This document shows, piece after piece, positions 19,928-29,333 of a stretch of DNA of 64,000 nucleotides. Source of the DNA: Candidatus Methanosuratincola verstraetei (lineage in GTDB: Archaea > Thermoproteota > Methanomethylicia > Methanomethylicales > Methanomethylicaceae); the NCBI GenBank assembly GCA_049570475.1, contig CP186953.1, forward strand, positions 1,056,001 through 1,120,000, in the 5' to 3' direction. The translations under genes were made by a program, and so were the position numbers. A model generated the notes under the pieces. The model saw nothing but the letters and a program-made list of their open reading frames with translations. It was not told the DNA's origin and made no database searches. Position 1 is the first letter of the stretch. Each line of letters opens with the position of its first letter.

Positions 19928-20386
19928 ATGGCAGAACTGAAATTCTTGACCCATTCAACAAAATTCAAGTGCATGCGGTGCACCCGATGCTGTTCTCTTG
20001 ACGTGATGCTCAGCAGCATGGAAATCCGGCGCCTAGGCGCCAGCGCTGACAGGGGTTGGAGGACCACCAAGAAATCTTTCAGGGGCGGTCGCTTGGTCTG
20101 CTCCCTTCTGGACGGCGATGCCTGCACAATTTACAAAGAGAGGCCTATGCTGTGCCGTGTCTTTCCGTTCATCGCGATCCCTGAATCCGAGTTCCTGGAA
20201 ACAGGCTTTCAAGTCGATCCTGAGGCAATCAGAGTTAGTGCCCCAGACAACGAGACTTATGTTATAATCTATGATACTGAATGCCCGGGAATAGGCGAAG
20301 GGGATCCCCCAGATCCGAAGGAACTCTTGGATCTGACGATCAGGCACCTCCGCGAGATGTCTGAAACAGGATCCACAGGGAAATAG
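19928..20386 (+). CDS. YkgJ/CxxCxxCC cysteine-cluster protein
   Basis: CMRCTRCC...CSLL...CTIYKERPMLCRVFPF. Confidence 0.85.
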   Translation: MAELKFLTHSTKFKCMRCTRCCSLDVMLSSMEIRRLGASADRGWRTTKKSFRGGRLVCSLLDGDACTIYKERPMLCRVFPFIAIPESEFLETGFQVDPEAIRVSAPDNETYVIIYDTECPGIGEGDPPDPKELLDLTIRHLREMSETGSTGK

Positions 20387-20415
20387 CCAATCCACTAGGC
20401 TTTCTGGAAGTTTGG

Positions 20416-21303
20416 CTAGGAAAAATCCCTGCGATCGAATATGATCATTCCGAGCGCAGCGCAGACCAAGAAATATGCTGCCATGATTGCAATGCCGTTG
20501 AGGATCGGAGCATTGTAGGTCGTAAATGTGACCCGCCCGAGCTGGACCGTTACAATATGGGCTGGGTACGGGTCTTTCAGGACATTCCCGATTATCTCAG
20601 CACCGTAAGTGATCAGGAACCACGGCTCCATCTGAGCCAAGTTGCTGACCAGCGACTGGGTCAGAGGTAAGGCAAACAGGAAGAGTATGGCGGTGACGAG
20701 AATGGAGATCGAGCCGCTCTTGAATATTGAGCTGAAAAAGAATGTCACCCCGAGTATTGAAATCAGGTATAGGACAGAGAACGCCAGGGAAAGCCCGAAC
20801 TGGTAAGGCACATCGAGCCCGAAGTAATATACCCCATTTGCAACGGTCACTGCGGTAAAAGTGCCGAATACGGCGAGCGAGGCGATGAATGCAGCAGCCC
20901 ATTTGCCCGCGTAAATCGTGGACCGTTTGACTGGATTGACCACCAGGAAATAGCCAGTCTTGTTCTGGAACTCTCCAGAGATGGCATCCCCCCCAAAGAA
21001 GATCCCGGATAGGATCAGGATGTATGTGACTGCCAGGCCCCACCAGCTCGAGTAGAACCCGAGCGGAGAGGAGAGGAAACCTGAGGGACGGTAATATGCG
21101 ACTACAGCCGTCAAAAGTCCGCTTATTATCAGAGTGATTGCCAGCAGAACATAAAACCTCCTGCTCCTGAGGTAATTCGTTAGCTCATACTTTGCAATTG
21201 TTTTGAGCTGAGACGCGCTTCTTGGGATGGCGCGCTCCGGCACGTTTTCGATCCGCATCGTTTCCCCAGATCCTTCCATTCTATCAGCCATGCGATCAAT
21301 CAC
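20416..21303 (-). CDS. ABC-2 type exporter permease
   Basis: ISGEFQNKT...PVKRSTIYAGK, six TM helices, ends FDRRDF. Confidence 0.88.
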   Translation of the reverse strand: MIDRMADRMEGSGETMRIENVPERAIPRSASQLKTIAKYELTNYLRSRRFYVLLAITLIISGLLTAVVAYYRPSGFLSSPLGFYSSWWGLAVTYILILSGIFFGGDAISGEFQNKTGYFLVVNPVKRSTIYAGKWAAAFIASLAVFGTFTAVTVANGVYYFGLDVPYQFGLSLAFSVLYLISILGVTFFFSSIFKSGSISILVTAILFLFALPLTQSLVSNLAQMEPWFLITYGAEIIGNVLKDPYPAHIVTVQLGRVTFTTYNAPILNGIAIMAAYFLVCAALGMIIFDRRDFS

Positions 21304-22247
21304 CTCGAGTCCTTCACAAGCCTTAGATAGGTTTCCTCCAGTGCGGAAGACGAGGATTTGAAAGCAATGAGCCCAACCCCCAAACCTGCAATCTTCGCCA
21401 GGATCCGCTCCTGTGCCTCATTCCCGCCCTCAAAGCTCAATATTAGTCTCCTGGGCTCGACGAGCTTCAAACCCAAAACCCCCTCTGTCGATCCGATCTC
21501 CTTCAATGCATCACTACTCAGGTCCCTTGAAAATGATGCCTCGCATTCCCTGGCATTGCCAACCGACAGTGCCGAAGTCAACCTCTCTAATGTGTCATAT
21601 GCCAGGAGCCTCCCGTGATCCAATATCGCTACCTCGTCGCAGATCTCGGTCACCTCGCTCAAGAGGTGCGAGCTCATGAATATCAGCCTGTCCTTCTTCT
21701 TGAGCCCCTTGACGATCTCCCTCACCTCGGCCATCCCCCTCGGATCCAGCCCGGAAGAAGGCTCGTCCAGCAGCATTATCATCGGATCCGAAATGAGCGC
21801 AGCAGCCAAGTTGACCCTCTGCCTCATGCCCTTGGACAGTTTCCCGCACTTCATGTCTATCCATTCCTCCATCTTCACCTCCGAGATCGCCTTCATCACC
21901 GCGTCCTTCCGGGCTGCTGATGGGACCCCCCTGATCTCTGCTACCATCATTAGGGCCTCCTTCACGGAGAGCGCGGGGTAGATCTCGGGGGTCTCTATCA
22001 GCGCCCCGCAGGTCGAGAGCGCAGCCTTCTTGTCCTCTTGGACGTCGATACCATTAATCAGTGCCTTGCCCTTGGTGGGGCGGATCAATCCTGTGAGTAT
22101 CTTCAGTGCTGTAGTCTTTCCGGCCCCGTTCGGTCCAAGGAACCCTACGCATTTTGCCCCTTCGAGTCGGAGGCTCAGATCAGAGAGGGCGCAGAATGAG
22201 TTGTAGCACTTCGTAAGATCCACTGCTTCGATCGAGGGGTTAACCAT
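21300..22247 (-). CDS. ABC exporter ATP-binding subunit
   Basis: GPNGAGKT, LSKGMRQR, LLDEP, SSH; start moved to ATG 22247. Confidence 0.92.
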   Translation of the reverse strand: MVNPSIEAVDLTKCYNSFCALSDLSLRLEGAKCVGFLGPNGAGKTTALKILTGLIRPTKGKALINGIDVQEDKKAALSTCGALIETPEIYPALSVKEALMMVAEIRGVPSAARKDAVMKAISEVKMEEWIDMKCGKLSKGMRQRVNLAAALISDPMIMLLDEPSSGLDPRGMAEVREIVKGLKKKDRLIFMSSHLLSEVTEICDEVAILDHGRLLAYDTLERLTSALSVGNARECEASFSRDLSSDALKEIGSTEGVLGLKLVEPRRLILSFEGGNEAQERILAKIAGLGVGLIAFKSSSSALEETYLRLVKDSR

Positions 22248-22458
22248 GGCATTTTCCTCGTGACTAGGTAAAGGATATGGTGGCATCAATTTAAGGGTGG
22301 CGAAGTTCGATTTTTCGAAATGGGCGCCTTTTGACATGAGCAATGCAGGGCTGTTTTTGAAGCATCAGGCATATTGCAGTTATCAATTTTAGTTTAAAAA
22401 CAGTTACAAAGTATATTTTATTAAGCACTTTGTGAAACATTCTATCGGAAGTGAGTAA

Positions 22459-22731
22459 TTGCCCCAAAGGGAGATCGAGGAAGCTTCTCTCCTACTAGCG
22501 TTCACGGTCTCCATTGTTGACGTCAGATATCTCAACCTATTGAGCAGATTTTTTTGGCCTATTATTGATTACATAACTTCTTCCTTTTCAACTCCCCCGC
22601 TTGGCTTAGAAGGTCTTGCTTTATTCGAGTCGATTATGCGTCAGCTGGTGGTTTTTACAATCGATCTGACCATCTATTTTGTGATATTCTATATCTTAAT
22701 CGCCCTCCTACGAAGAAGCGCCTTCAGATAG
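22459..22731 (+). CDS. Small hypothetical membrane protein
   Basis: 90-aa ORF with hydrophobic segments; GTGA SD-like motif upstream. Confidence 0.55.
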   Translation: MPQREIEEASLLLAFTVSIVDVRYLNLLSRFFWPIIDYITSSFSTPPLGLEGLALFESIMRQLVVFTIDLTIYFVIFYILIALLRRSAFR

Positions 22732-22828
22732 CAAACTCAATTAATAAATTTGCATGATTAAATTTTTCGGACAAATTGTTAGAATCTTCGGAAAAAACTA
22801 AAAATTTATAGTCTCCTCTTGTTATAAA

Positions 22829-23176
22829 ATGACATGGTGGTGTTTTTTGAGCAAAAAACAATTGGAAGTGGAGGTTTGGGGCGCAAACGTACTTGACTTG
22901 ATGAATTTTCCTGGAATAAAAGTAGAATTTGTCAGGTACAAGGGCTGCGACAACGAGAGTTGCGGTCATATTGAGCATGACCCCATTGACAAAGTATACA
23001 AGGTGACGTTCCCAGAGGGGACGAAGGTGAGGAAAGCGCCGCAAGAAAAAGGAACTGAATACGAGGTTCCTGACGGGCCTGTTATCAGAATCGTCCAGGG
23101 TGGAGACTTCCACGACAAAGTTCTGATAATGGAATCTAAGAAAAAGTCGAAAGAGCCAAAGATGGGTCTCGGATAA
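22829..23176 (+). CDS. Hypothetical protein
   Basis: Protein-like composition; start may lie a few codons downstream. Confidence 0.6.
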   Translation: MTWWCFLSKKQLEVEVWGANVLDLMNFPGIKVEFVRYKGCDNESCGHIEHDPIDKVYKVTFPEGTKVRKAPQEKGTEYEVPDGPVIRIVQGGDFHDKVLIMESKKKSKEPKMGLG

Positions 23177-23241
23177 ATTGACCCTCTTCTTTTATATCAC
23201 ATAGCTGAAAAATAGTTCAAGGGAAAATTTGGTGAGTTGTA

Positions 23242-23520
23242 ATGAAAGGCGCGTTGGTCTTTATAGTGGTTTTCCTTATAGGAGTCGTGGTGACGACATC
23301 TAACACATCTATACCTCCAGGACTCAACATATACTACATGCTTGGTTTTCCTGACACCAACTATCCAATACTCGGCCTCCCTGCACCAGTCTTTGCAGCC
23401 TCGATTTTAAATGGGGTAATTTATGGGATAATTGCGTGGCTGCTTTACTCTTTGGCGGCCTCTACAAGAAAGCAAAAGTTAGAAGTCGTAGTCAAGCAAG
23501 AGCCTCCTAAAGGAACTTGA
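23242..23520 (+). CDS. Small membrane protein with two TM helices
   Basis: GGTGA SD upstream; T8 terminator tract directly after the stop. Confidence 0.7.
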   Translation: MKGALVFIVVFLIGVVVTTSNTSIPPGLNIYYMLGFPDTNYPILGLPAPVFAASILNGVIYGIIAWLLYSLAASTRKQKLEVVVKQEPPKGT

Positions 23521-23533
23521 CTTTTTTTTGTGA

Positions 23534-23612
23534 TGGTGGGGCCGTCGGGATTTGAACCCGAGATCACAAGCGCCCCAGGCTTGCATCCTGGTCCAAGCTA
23601 GACTACGGCCCC
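23534..23612 (-). tRNA. tRNA-Pro(GGG), intronless, CCA encoded
   Basis: GGGGCCG...CAAGC CT GGG GC GCTTG...TCGGGTTCAAATCCCGA CGGCCCC ACCA. Confidence 0.95.
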
Positions 23613-23753
23613 GATTCACAATTCTACTGATGGAGAAAATATCAGCATGCTAATAAAGGTTAGGAATCTTCTTGCCTGCAGGCTGAGATACATGAGCCTT
23701 AGCTGCCAATCTTGATCTGCAAACAAAATTCAAGGACTAAAAAAATTAAGAGT

Positions 23754-23903
23754 TTATTCTTTCTTTTCGTCCTTAGAGACCGCCTCTTTTGCGCCCTTGC
23801 CAAATGCTTTGGCAACGCCGATCCCTTTCTTCAGCCCCTTCCCTATTACCTCTCCTGTCTTTTCAGCAGCCTCTTCAACCTTGCCTTTCTTCTCCTCTGG
23901 CAC
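23754..23903 (-). CDS. 49-aa K/E/G/A-rich small protein (not in the ORF track)
   Basis: AGGTGA SD plus GTG: MPEEKKGKVEEAAEKTGEVIGKGLKKGIGVAKAFGKGAKEAVSKDEKKE. Confidence 0.75.
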   Translation of the reverse strand: MPEEKKGKVEEAAEKTGEVIGKGLKKGIGVAKAFGKGAKEAVSKDEKKE

Positions 23904-23977
23904 TTTGTTCACCTAAAAATAGATGTTAGTTTTTGTGTAAAAAAAGGTATTTGTTTTTGTGAAGCTTGTTGGCACTT

Positions 23978-24277
23978 CTAAAACTCCATGGCCTTGGCGT
24001 GCCAGGAAATCCACTCCGGGATGTCGCCGTTATCGATTATCATCTTGAGGTAGTATCGTATCGGTTTCCCTTCCTTCTTGCTCCAGCTCTGGGATCTCCT
24101 GATCGACCACCTGAGCGCGTCCTCTACAATCTTCTGCATTATCGGGCTGCTGCTGAATCGCTCTATCCAGTACTCCTTGGTCCCCCCGATCTTTCTTGCC
24201 ATCTCCTCTGGGAGCTCCGTCAAGAGGCCTTGGATCTCCGTCTCAAGCTCGTTCATCGCAAAGCATCTTTCTATCAT
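23978..24277 (-). CDS. Hypothetical helical protein (start at 24277 or 24256)
   Basis: Protein-like segment MNELETEIQGLLTELPEE...; the upstream part of the track ORF is AT-rich promoter DNA. Confidence 0.6.
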   Translation of the reverse strand: MIERCFAMNELETEIQGLLTELPEEMARKIGGTKEYWIERFSSSPIMQKIVEDALRWSIRRSQSWSKKEGKPIRYYLKMIIDNGDIPEWISWHAKAMEF

Positions 24278-24499
24278 CCTTTTGGTGGCCTCAGAAAACT
24301 GCAACCTTTGGTTGCGCCTCCGCCCGAATAACTTGCTTTTATGGTATATAAAACTATACGATCTATAATTATAAATTATAATTTTGTAAAGCAAAAACCT
24401 GGCATTGTAAAATTGGCCTCCGCTGGTTGAATGCACTCAAAATCTAAAGGTGAAAAACAAAAAGTCCAAACTAATCTTCACACGGTTAAGAAGGTCAGT

Positions 24500-24637
24500 T
24501 TACCGCCTTCTTGGGCCTCTGCGCTTAGCGTAGCAGTCCCTGCAATACACAGGCCTAGTCCCGTCCGGCTTGAAAGGAACTTCGCATTCCTGGCCGCACT
24601 CGGAACAGACTGCCTTGTGCATCTCTCTACTTGCCAT
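24500..24637 (-). CDS. 45-aa CxxC-x17-CxxC zinc-ribbon protein (not in the ORF track)
   Basis: AGGAGTGA SD; MASREMHKAVCSECGQECEVPFKPDGTRPVYCRDCYAKRRGPRRR. Confidence 0.9.
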   Translation of the reverse strand: MASREMHKAVCSECGQECEVPFKPDGTRPVYCRDCYAKRRGPRRR

Positions 24638-24773
24638 TTCTTTCACTCCTATTTTATTTGATGCAAATTTCTTTGCACAAACTCCCCAAGAAGTGATCTG
24701 CTATTAAGCCTTTCTATCGACCATGCAATCAGAAACTCCATTTTGTTCCATTTTCTGATCGCTCGATCCAATG

Positions 24774-24824
24774 CCAGTCGGGTAAGTTCTCGTCATCCCG
24801 AAGTCCGAGACTCTCCTTCATCAA
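24774..24824 (-). ncRNA. Candidate C/D box sRNA with two guides to 23S rRNA
   Basis: TTGATGA (C)-AGGAGAGTCT-CGGA (D')-CTTCGGG-ATGACGA (C')-GAACTTACCCGA-CTGG (variant D). Confidence 0.65.
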
Positions 24825-24869
24825 CGGCCGAGTTTATTCCTCGGCCTCAAGACATGATTCTCTGATCTG

Positions 24870-25616
24870 TTAATAAAGCTTGAGATGGGAAGCGAGTCTT
24901 TCCAAGACCCGATCCGATGGTGCAGCCTTGTACTCTTTCATTATTTGCGCAATAATTCCCCTGTCCCACGTGAGGTGAGCCCCAAGCAGCCTGGAAATGC
25001 TTTCCTTGAAAAACAGGTAGCTTACTACTGAAGTCAGGTTCCTGCACTTCCTCGACCTGCTTGCGCTCTCAAAGTCGATTATGCGCGCCCTGCTCCCCTC
25101 GCTTATTATTATGTGCTTCTTGGCGTCCGATAGCTCACCGTGGTCCAGACCGTGCAAGTCAAGGGACAGGCACTGCCCTAAGATGTCCAGGACAGCCCGC
25201 TTGACCGCCTCTGTCCGCGGCTCCTCCTCGATCCACCTTGCGAAATTCTTCCCGCTTATGTGCTCCATGGCTATCGCATTCCTTCTTGCGCCGTAAAGCC
25301 TGGGGCCAACCCCGAACGAGTTCGCGTACTCCAGGTATGGTGCCTCTCCTTCAAGGCTTTCCCTGGGCGAGTCGCTCCTCCTTATCTTCAACGCGACGTT
25401 GCTGCCACTGATCACTCCCAGGCAGACCACTCCAGCGCAGCCTTTGCCTATCAGCCTGGCGTCGCCCGCCTCCAGATCTCCGACGAGTGCCACTCCCTCT
25501 ACCCCCAAAGCCCTCAGGTCAGCGAGCACCGCTTCATAGTGGGCAAATGAGAAGTGGGGGTAGGAGAATGCTGCCTTGAGCCTCACGTCCTCAAGGGGGA
25601 CGACTACTCCAGCCAT
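24870..25616 (-). CDS. Archaeal Ser/Thr protein kinase-like protein (RIO/Bud32-related)
   Basis: IGKG..GVV, VALKIRR, DHGELS, IIDFESAS. Confidence 0.8.
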   Translation of the reverse strand: MAGVVVPLEDVRLKAAFSYPHFSFAHYEAVLADLRALGVEGVALVGDLEAGDARLIGKGCAGVVCLGVISGSNVALKIRRSDSPRESLEGEAPYLEYANSFGVGPRLYGARRNAIAMEHISGKNFARWIEEEPRTEAVKRAVLDILGQCLSLDLHGLDHGELSDAKKHIIISEGSRARIIDFESASRSRKCRNLTSVVSYLFFKESISRLLGAHLTWDRGIIAQIMKEYKAAPSDRVLERLASHLKLY

Positions 25617-27007
25617 ATGGGTCTCTTCCTCAAGAACCTGAAGATCTCCAGCAGAAGGTCCCGCCTCTCCGATGAACGCCTGATCAGCTCGCCTACTGAA
25701 ATTATGCTGAAGCCTTGCCTGATTTCGGCAGCGAGGTCTGGGCTCAGCTGCATCTTCGGGAGGCTCTCCTCTAGCACCTTCCTGGCATCAGTGGCAACCC
25801 TCCTCCTGATTACACACCACCTGTCGCCAGAGATGAAAGGTCCAGCGATAGTCCTTGCGCTCCCCAGGTGCTTCTCGAGGAATCTCTCCTCGTCTTCTGG
25901 GAAGATTGCGGATGGGCCTGGGTGGATCTCAGCCTCAGGAAGCCTGCCCTCCTGAAGCTCGAGCAGGAAGATCACCCTCTCCTCCTCATCCGACCAAGCA
26001 TGGGCATCAAGAAGTGTGAACCCCTTCTCCTTGAGCAGGCCAGAAATCTTTGAGAGGCTGTGGTGGATTTCCCCCCATAGCACGTCCGAAGGGACGCTGG
26101 GGCAGGCTGTTTCTATCGCAATCAACTCAGTCCCCCTCCCCTCCGCCATCCCCATCAGCTCGCCCAATTCGATCTGGTCGGTCTGGGGGAAGAAGAAAGC
26201 GATTGATGGCCTCCTCAGGAAATGGCGCGATGCCGAGATGAAGGTTGCGAGAGCGCGAAGGGACACTGCTGCCGCGGCATTTCTGCCCCTGTCCACCGGG
26301 TCTACAACAACAAGGGGTGAATCGAATGCATCAAGGGCAGATCCGTGGCTGTAATGCCCTTCTATGTCTATTACCTCCCTCGTCCGCCATTCCGCGGCCA
26401 TTCTAAGGGTCTCCTCAAAATTGCCGTACCTGATTATGAGGAGCTCGCAGAGATAGCCGGAGAAGCCGCCAACCTTCAGCTCTGCCCCGTAGACCCCGAT
26501 CCCTTTCATGAACTGCTTCAGGACCCTCACTTCGTCCTTCCCATCCTCACTGAGCCTCTCCCGCACGTATCTTGTGTGCAAGGGGGTCCTGTCGACCGCG
26601 GTCATCGCCTTTTTGCCGGGCACGAGCTCCCCGCTCGGCACTATGTCCATCTTGCAGCCGAGCACCTCCGTCTCGATATATGGGTGCTCCGCATAACCTT
26701 CCTTCCACCTCTCCCCTGCGCCTGCCTTTGCAAGTTCCAGTCCAACGCCGGTTATGGTCTCCCTCCCGGCACTGGGCGGGAATATGATGAAAAGATCAAC
26801 GTCCCTGTCCGTGGAGATCCATGTGTCCTTGGCAATGGACCCCTCCACTTCAACCCTCACTTCCAGCCCCTTCCTCCTCGCTGCCTCAAGGATCCTCCCC
26901 TTGGCGACCTCCACCGCCCTGAGGATCTCCTCCCTGTCCCCCTTCGTCGGTCTTACCCTCTTCAGGACCTCATACTTGACTGTTGAGATCTCTCGCCCAT
27001 CATTCAA
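25604..27007 (-). CDS. cca: Class I CCA-adding enzyme
   Basis: GSIAKDTW...DVDLF, YAEHPY, AVDRTPLH, GFSGYLCELL, DPVD..RN. Confidence 0.96.
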   Translation of the reverse strand: MNDGREISTVKYEVLKRVRPTKGDREEILRAVEVAKGRILEAARRKGLEVRVEVEGSIAKDTWISTDRDVDLFIIFPPSAGRETITGVGLELAKAGAGERWKEGYAEHPYIETEVLGCKMDIVPSGELVPGKKAMTAVDRTPLHTRYVRERLSEDGKDEVRVLKQFMKGIGVYGAELKVGGFSGYLCELLIIRYGNFEETLRMAAEWRTREVIDIEGHYSHGSALDAFDSPLVVVDPVDRGRNAAAAVSLRALATFISASRHFLRRPSIAFFFPQTDQIELGELMGMAEGRGTELIAIETACPSVPSDVLWGEIHHSLSKISGLLKEKGFTLLDAHAWSDEEERVIFLLELQEGRLPEAEIHPGPSAIFPEDEERFLEKHLGSARTIAGPFISGDRWCVIRRRVATDARKVLEESLPKMQLSPDLAAEIRQGFSIISVGELIRRSSERRDLLLEIFRFLRKRPIWLE

Positions 27008-27557
27008 ATGGGAACACCTTCAGGTTTGAATAGATGGGGCCTGCGCCTGTGAGCGTGCTCTTCTTGAGGACTAGCCGGTCTACCAGAGTCGTGCCGAAGA
27101 CTGTCTGTGAGTGGCTGTCCAAGATATTCAGCAGGGCTTCCCTGTTTCTTGGGGACCTTACCCTTCCGACCGTTATGTGGGGGACGAACCTCTTCTCCTT
27201 CGGGAATCCGAACCTCCAAAGCGCTTCATCAAGTTTCCTGGCGACTTCCGTCACCTCGCCTGCGCCCTTACCGATCCCGACCCACATCACCCTTATCATA
27301 CGCCTGTCTGGAAATGCGCCTGCACCCCTCGCCTCAAGCTCGAACCTCCTCATCTTAATGCTCTCCAGCGCGCCCGAGATCTCATCGATCTTAGAGAGCG
27401 GCACCTCCCCCAAGAATTTCATTGTCACGTGTAGGTTCTCCGCCTCCACTGCCTTGACATCTGCGCCAGACCTAGCTACCTCTTTCCCGAGATCAGCTAT
27501 CCTCTGCCTCATGTCGTCAGATATCTCGAGAGCGAAGAAAGCCCTCACCGATTCCAT
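27000..27557 (-). CDS. thpR: RNA 2',3'-cyclic phosphodiesterase (2H family)
   Basis: Two HxT motifs (HVTM, HITV), RAFFAL, GPIY. Confidence 0.93.
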   Translation of the reverse strand: MESVRAFFALEISDDMRQRIADLGKEVARSGADVKAVEAENLHVTMKFLGEVPLSKIDEISGALESIKMRRFELEARGAGAFPDRRMIRVMWVGIGKGAGEVTEVARKLDEALWRFGFPKEKRFVPHITVGRVRSPRNREALLNILDSHSQTVFGTTLVDRLVLKKSTLTGAGPIYSNLKVFPFE

Positions 27558-27619
27558 ACCATACCACTCTGGATAACCGTTATATGCGGATACTTTTAAC
27601 TTCTTTTTCGGGGAGCTTA

Positions 27620-28162
27620 GTGATATACTGCATAACGGGGATGCCCGGATCGGGCAAGTCTGTAGTCTCTGACACCGCCCGCTTGATGGGGCTCACAGTC
27701 TTGAACATGGGCGACGTGATAAGGGATGAGGCCAGGGCAAGGGGGATCCAGGTCACCCCTGAGTCTTTGGGGGCGCTGATGCTCGACCTGCGGAGGGAAC
27801 ACGGTAACAGCGTCGTAGCGAAGAAATGCCTTGAGAGGGCCCCTAAGAACGGCTCGCCCATCGTTATAGAAGGCATCAGGAGCCTCGACGAGCTCAACTA
27901 CCTGCGGTCAAACGAGGACATCTTCCTCATAGCCGTCCATGCCTCCCCAAAGACACGATTCGAGCGCCTCCTCAAGCGTGGGAGGGCGGACGATCCCAAA
28001 GACTGGAAAAGCTTCGAGGAGAGGGATATGCGGGAGCTTGGCGTGGGTCTTGGATCGGTAATCGCTTTGGCTGACCTTGTGCTGATCAACGAGGGACCCA
28101 TCCCGGACCTTGTCGACTCCGCCAAGCGCATATTCAGCGGTGAGTTTAGATGGCGCGGGTAG
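27620..28162 (+). CDS. Archaeal dephospho-CoA kinase-like P-loop kinase
   Basis: TGMPGSGKS, MGDVIR, EGIRS, RGRADD, RDMRE. Confidence 0.85.
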   Translation: MIYCITGMPGSGKSVVSDTARLMGLTVLNMGDVIRDEARARGIQVTPESLGALMLDLRREHGNSVVAKKCLERAPKNGSPIVIEGIRSLDELNYLRSNEDIFLIAVHASPKTRFERLLKRGRADDPKDWKSFEERDMRELGVGLGSVIALADLVLINEGPIPDLVDSAKRIFSGEFRWRG

Positions 28163-28617
28163 TTGTTGAGGCGGAGGTACGATCCACCGAGGATGAGGAG
28201 AAGGTAGCGAGGGCGGTCTCCAACTTGACCGGAACAAAGCCTTACCGCATCGTGCAGAGGGGACAACAGAGGATCCTCGTCCAGGAAGGCGACGAATCGA
28301 TGCTGGTGACTCTGAGGCAGCTCCTACGCAGGGAGCGCATACTAGACGCGGCAAGAAAGCTCATGCTGAGAGGGGTCAGGGGCAACCAGTTCACCTTCTA
28401 CATCAACAAGCAGGTAGCCTATGCTGGGCACGTGTCCTTCTGCATGCCCGAAGGGGAGTCCCCATTGGGACCGATCAAGTTCACCGTCGAGACCGAGGAC
28501 CCAAAATCATTTATTGACTGGCTTGCAACTAGGACTGTGGACGGGAGGCCAATAGATGAGGTATGCCAATCGGGATATCCACACTCTGCACGTTCGGAGA
28601 GACCTTCACGAAAATAG
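28150..28617 (+). CDS. DUF54 family predicted RNA-binding protein
   Basis: TEDEEKV..AV.N, ILDAAR, NKQVA, ESPLGPI. Confidence 0.85.
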   Translation: MARVVVEAEVRSTEDEEKVARAVSNLTGTKPYRIVQRGQQRILVQEGDESMLVTLRQLLRRERILDAARKLMLRGVRGNQFTFYINKQVAYAGHVSFCMPEGESPLGPIKFTVETEDPKSFIDWLATRTVDGRPIDEVCQSGYPHSARSERPSRK

Positions 28618-29333
28618 GGTTCTATCGAGAATCCACCCCGCCCGTAATAGAAGTAATAGATGACTGGGCGGATCGGCTGGATGGATCTAGGATCAGGCTA
28701 CTGCTCGACCTGACTTCGGTTTGGGACGTTCTTTACACGATCCATGCCCCGATAATCGACCTGAATATAGCCTCCGCAAACGAAAGGTTGAAGCGGCTGT
28801 CCGCCCTGCTTGTGAAAGAGTCGATTGACCACGCCCATGCGCTAGGCGCCCCCTTGGTGGTGGTCCACCCGGGCTCGTTCCCGCCAGACGGCCGCGGGAA
28901 TCCGGAAGCCCACTGGCGGCTGAATTCCGAGTCGTTATCCGAGATCTGCGAGCATGCCGCCAAGGAGGGCGTGGAAGTCTGCATAGAGAACATGCCTGCC
29001 GGGACAAGGCTCTTCTTCCAGACCCCTCAGGATTTCCTCAGGGCTTCAGAGGAGGGTCTTGATTTTGAGATCGCGCTCGACGTCGGGCATGCCAACACAA
29101 AGGGCCTGCTGAATGAGTTCCTTGCGCAGCTCAGGGGGCGCATCAGGCACCTGCACCTGCACGACAATAAGGGGGACCGAGACGCGCACCTCCCTGTCGG
29201 CAGGGGGACCATCGACTGGAAACTTTTGAAGAGGGAGATCGACATCCACTCTCTGACAGCGGTAGTCGAGGCCAACACGATCCCTGAAGCCCTTGAGTCG
29301 ATCGCTGCAGCCCGTCAGGTCTTCAGCTCATAG
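28563..29333 (+). CDS. Sugar phosphate isomerase/epimerase (AP endonuclease 2 TIM barrel)
   Basis: HAP, VVHPG, ENM, LDVGHA, HLHDN..D.H. Confidence 0.85.
   Translation: MPIGISTLCTFGETFTKIGFYRESTPPVIEVIDDWADRLDGSRIRLLLDLTSVWDVLYTIHAPIIDLNIASANERLKRLSALLVKESIDHAHALGAPLVVVHPGSFPPDGRGNPEAHWRLNSESLSEICEHAAKEGVEVCIENMPAGTRLFFQTPQDFLRASEEGLDFEIALDVGHANTKGLLNEFLAQLRGRIRHLHLHDNKGDRDAHLPVGRGTIDWKLLKREIDIHSLTAVVEANTIPEALESIAAARQVFSS

Noticed and set aside
19770-23533. Integrated element between tRNA-Gly and tRNA-Pro
   Set aside because: No integrase and no duplicated tRNA 3' end seen.
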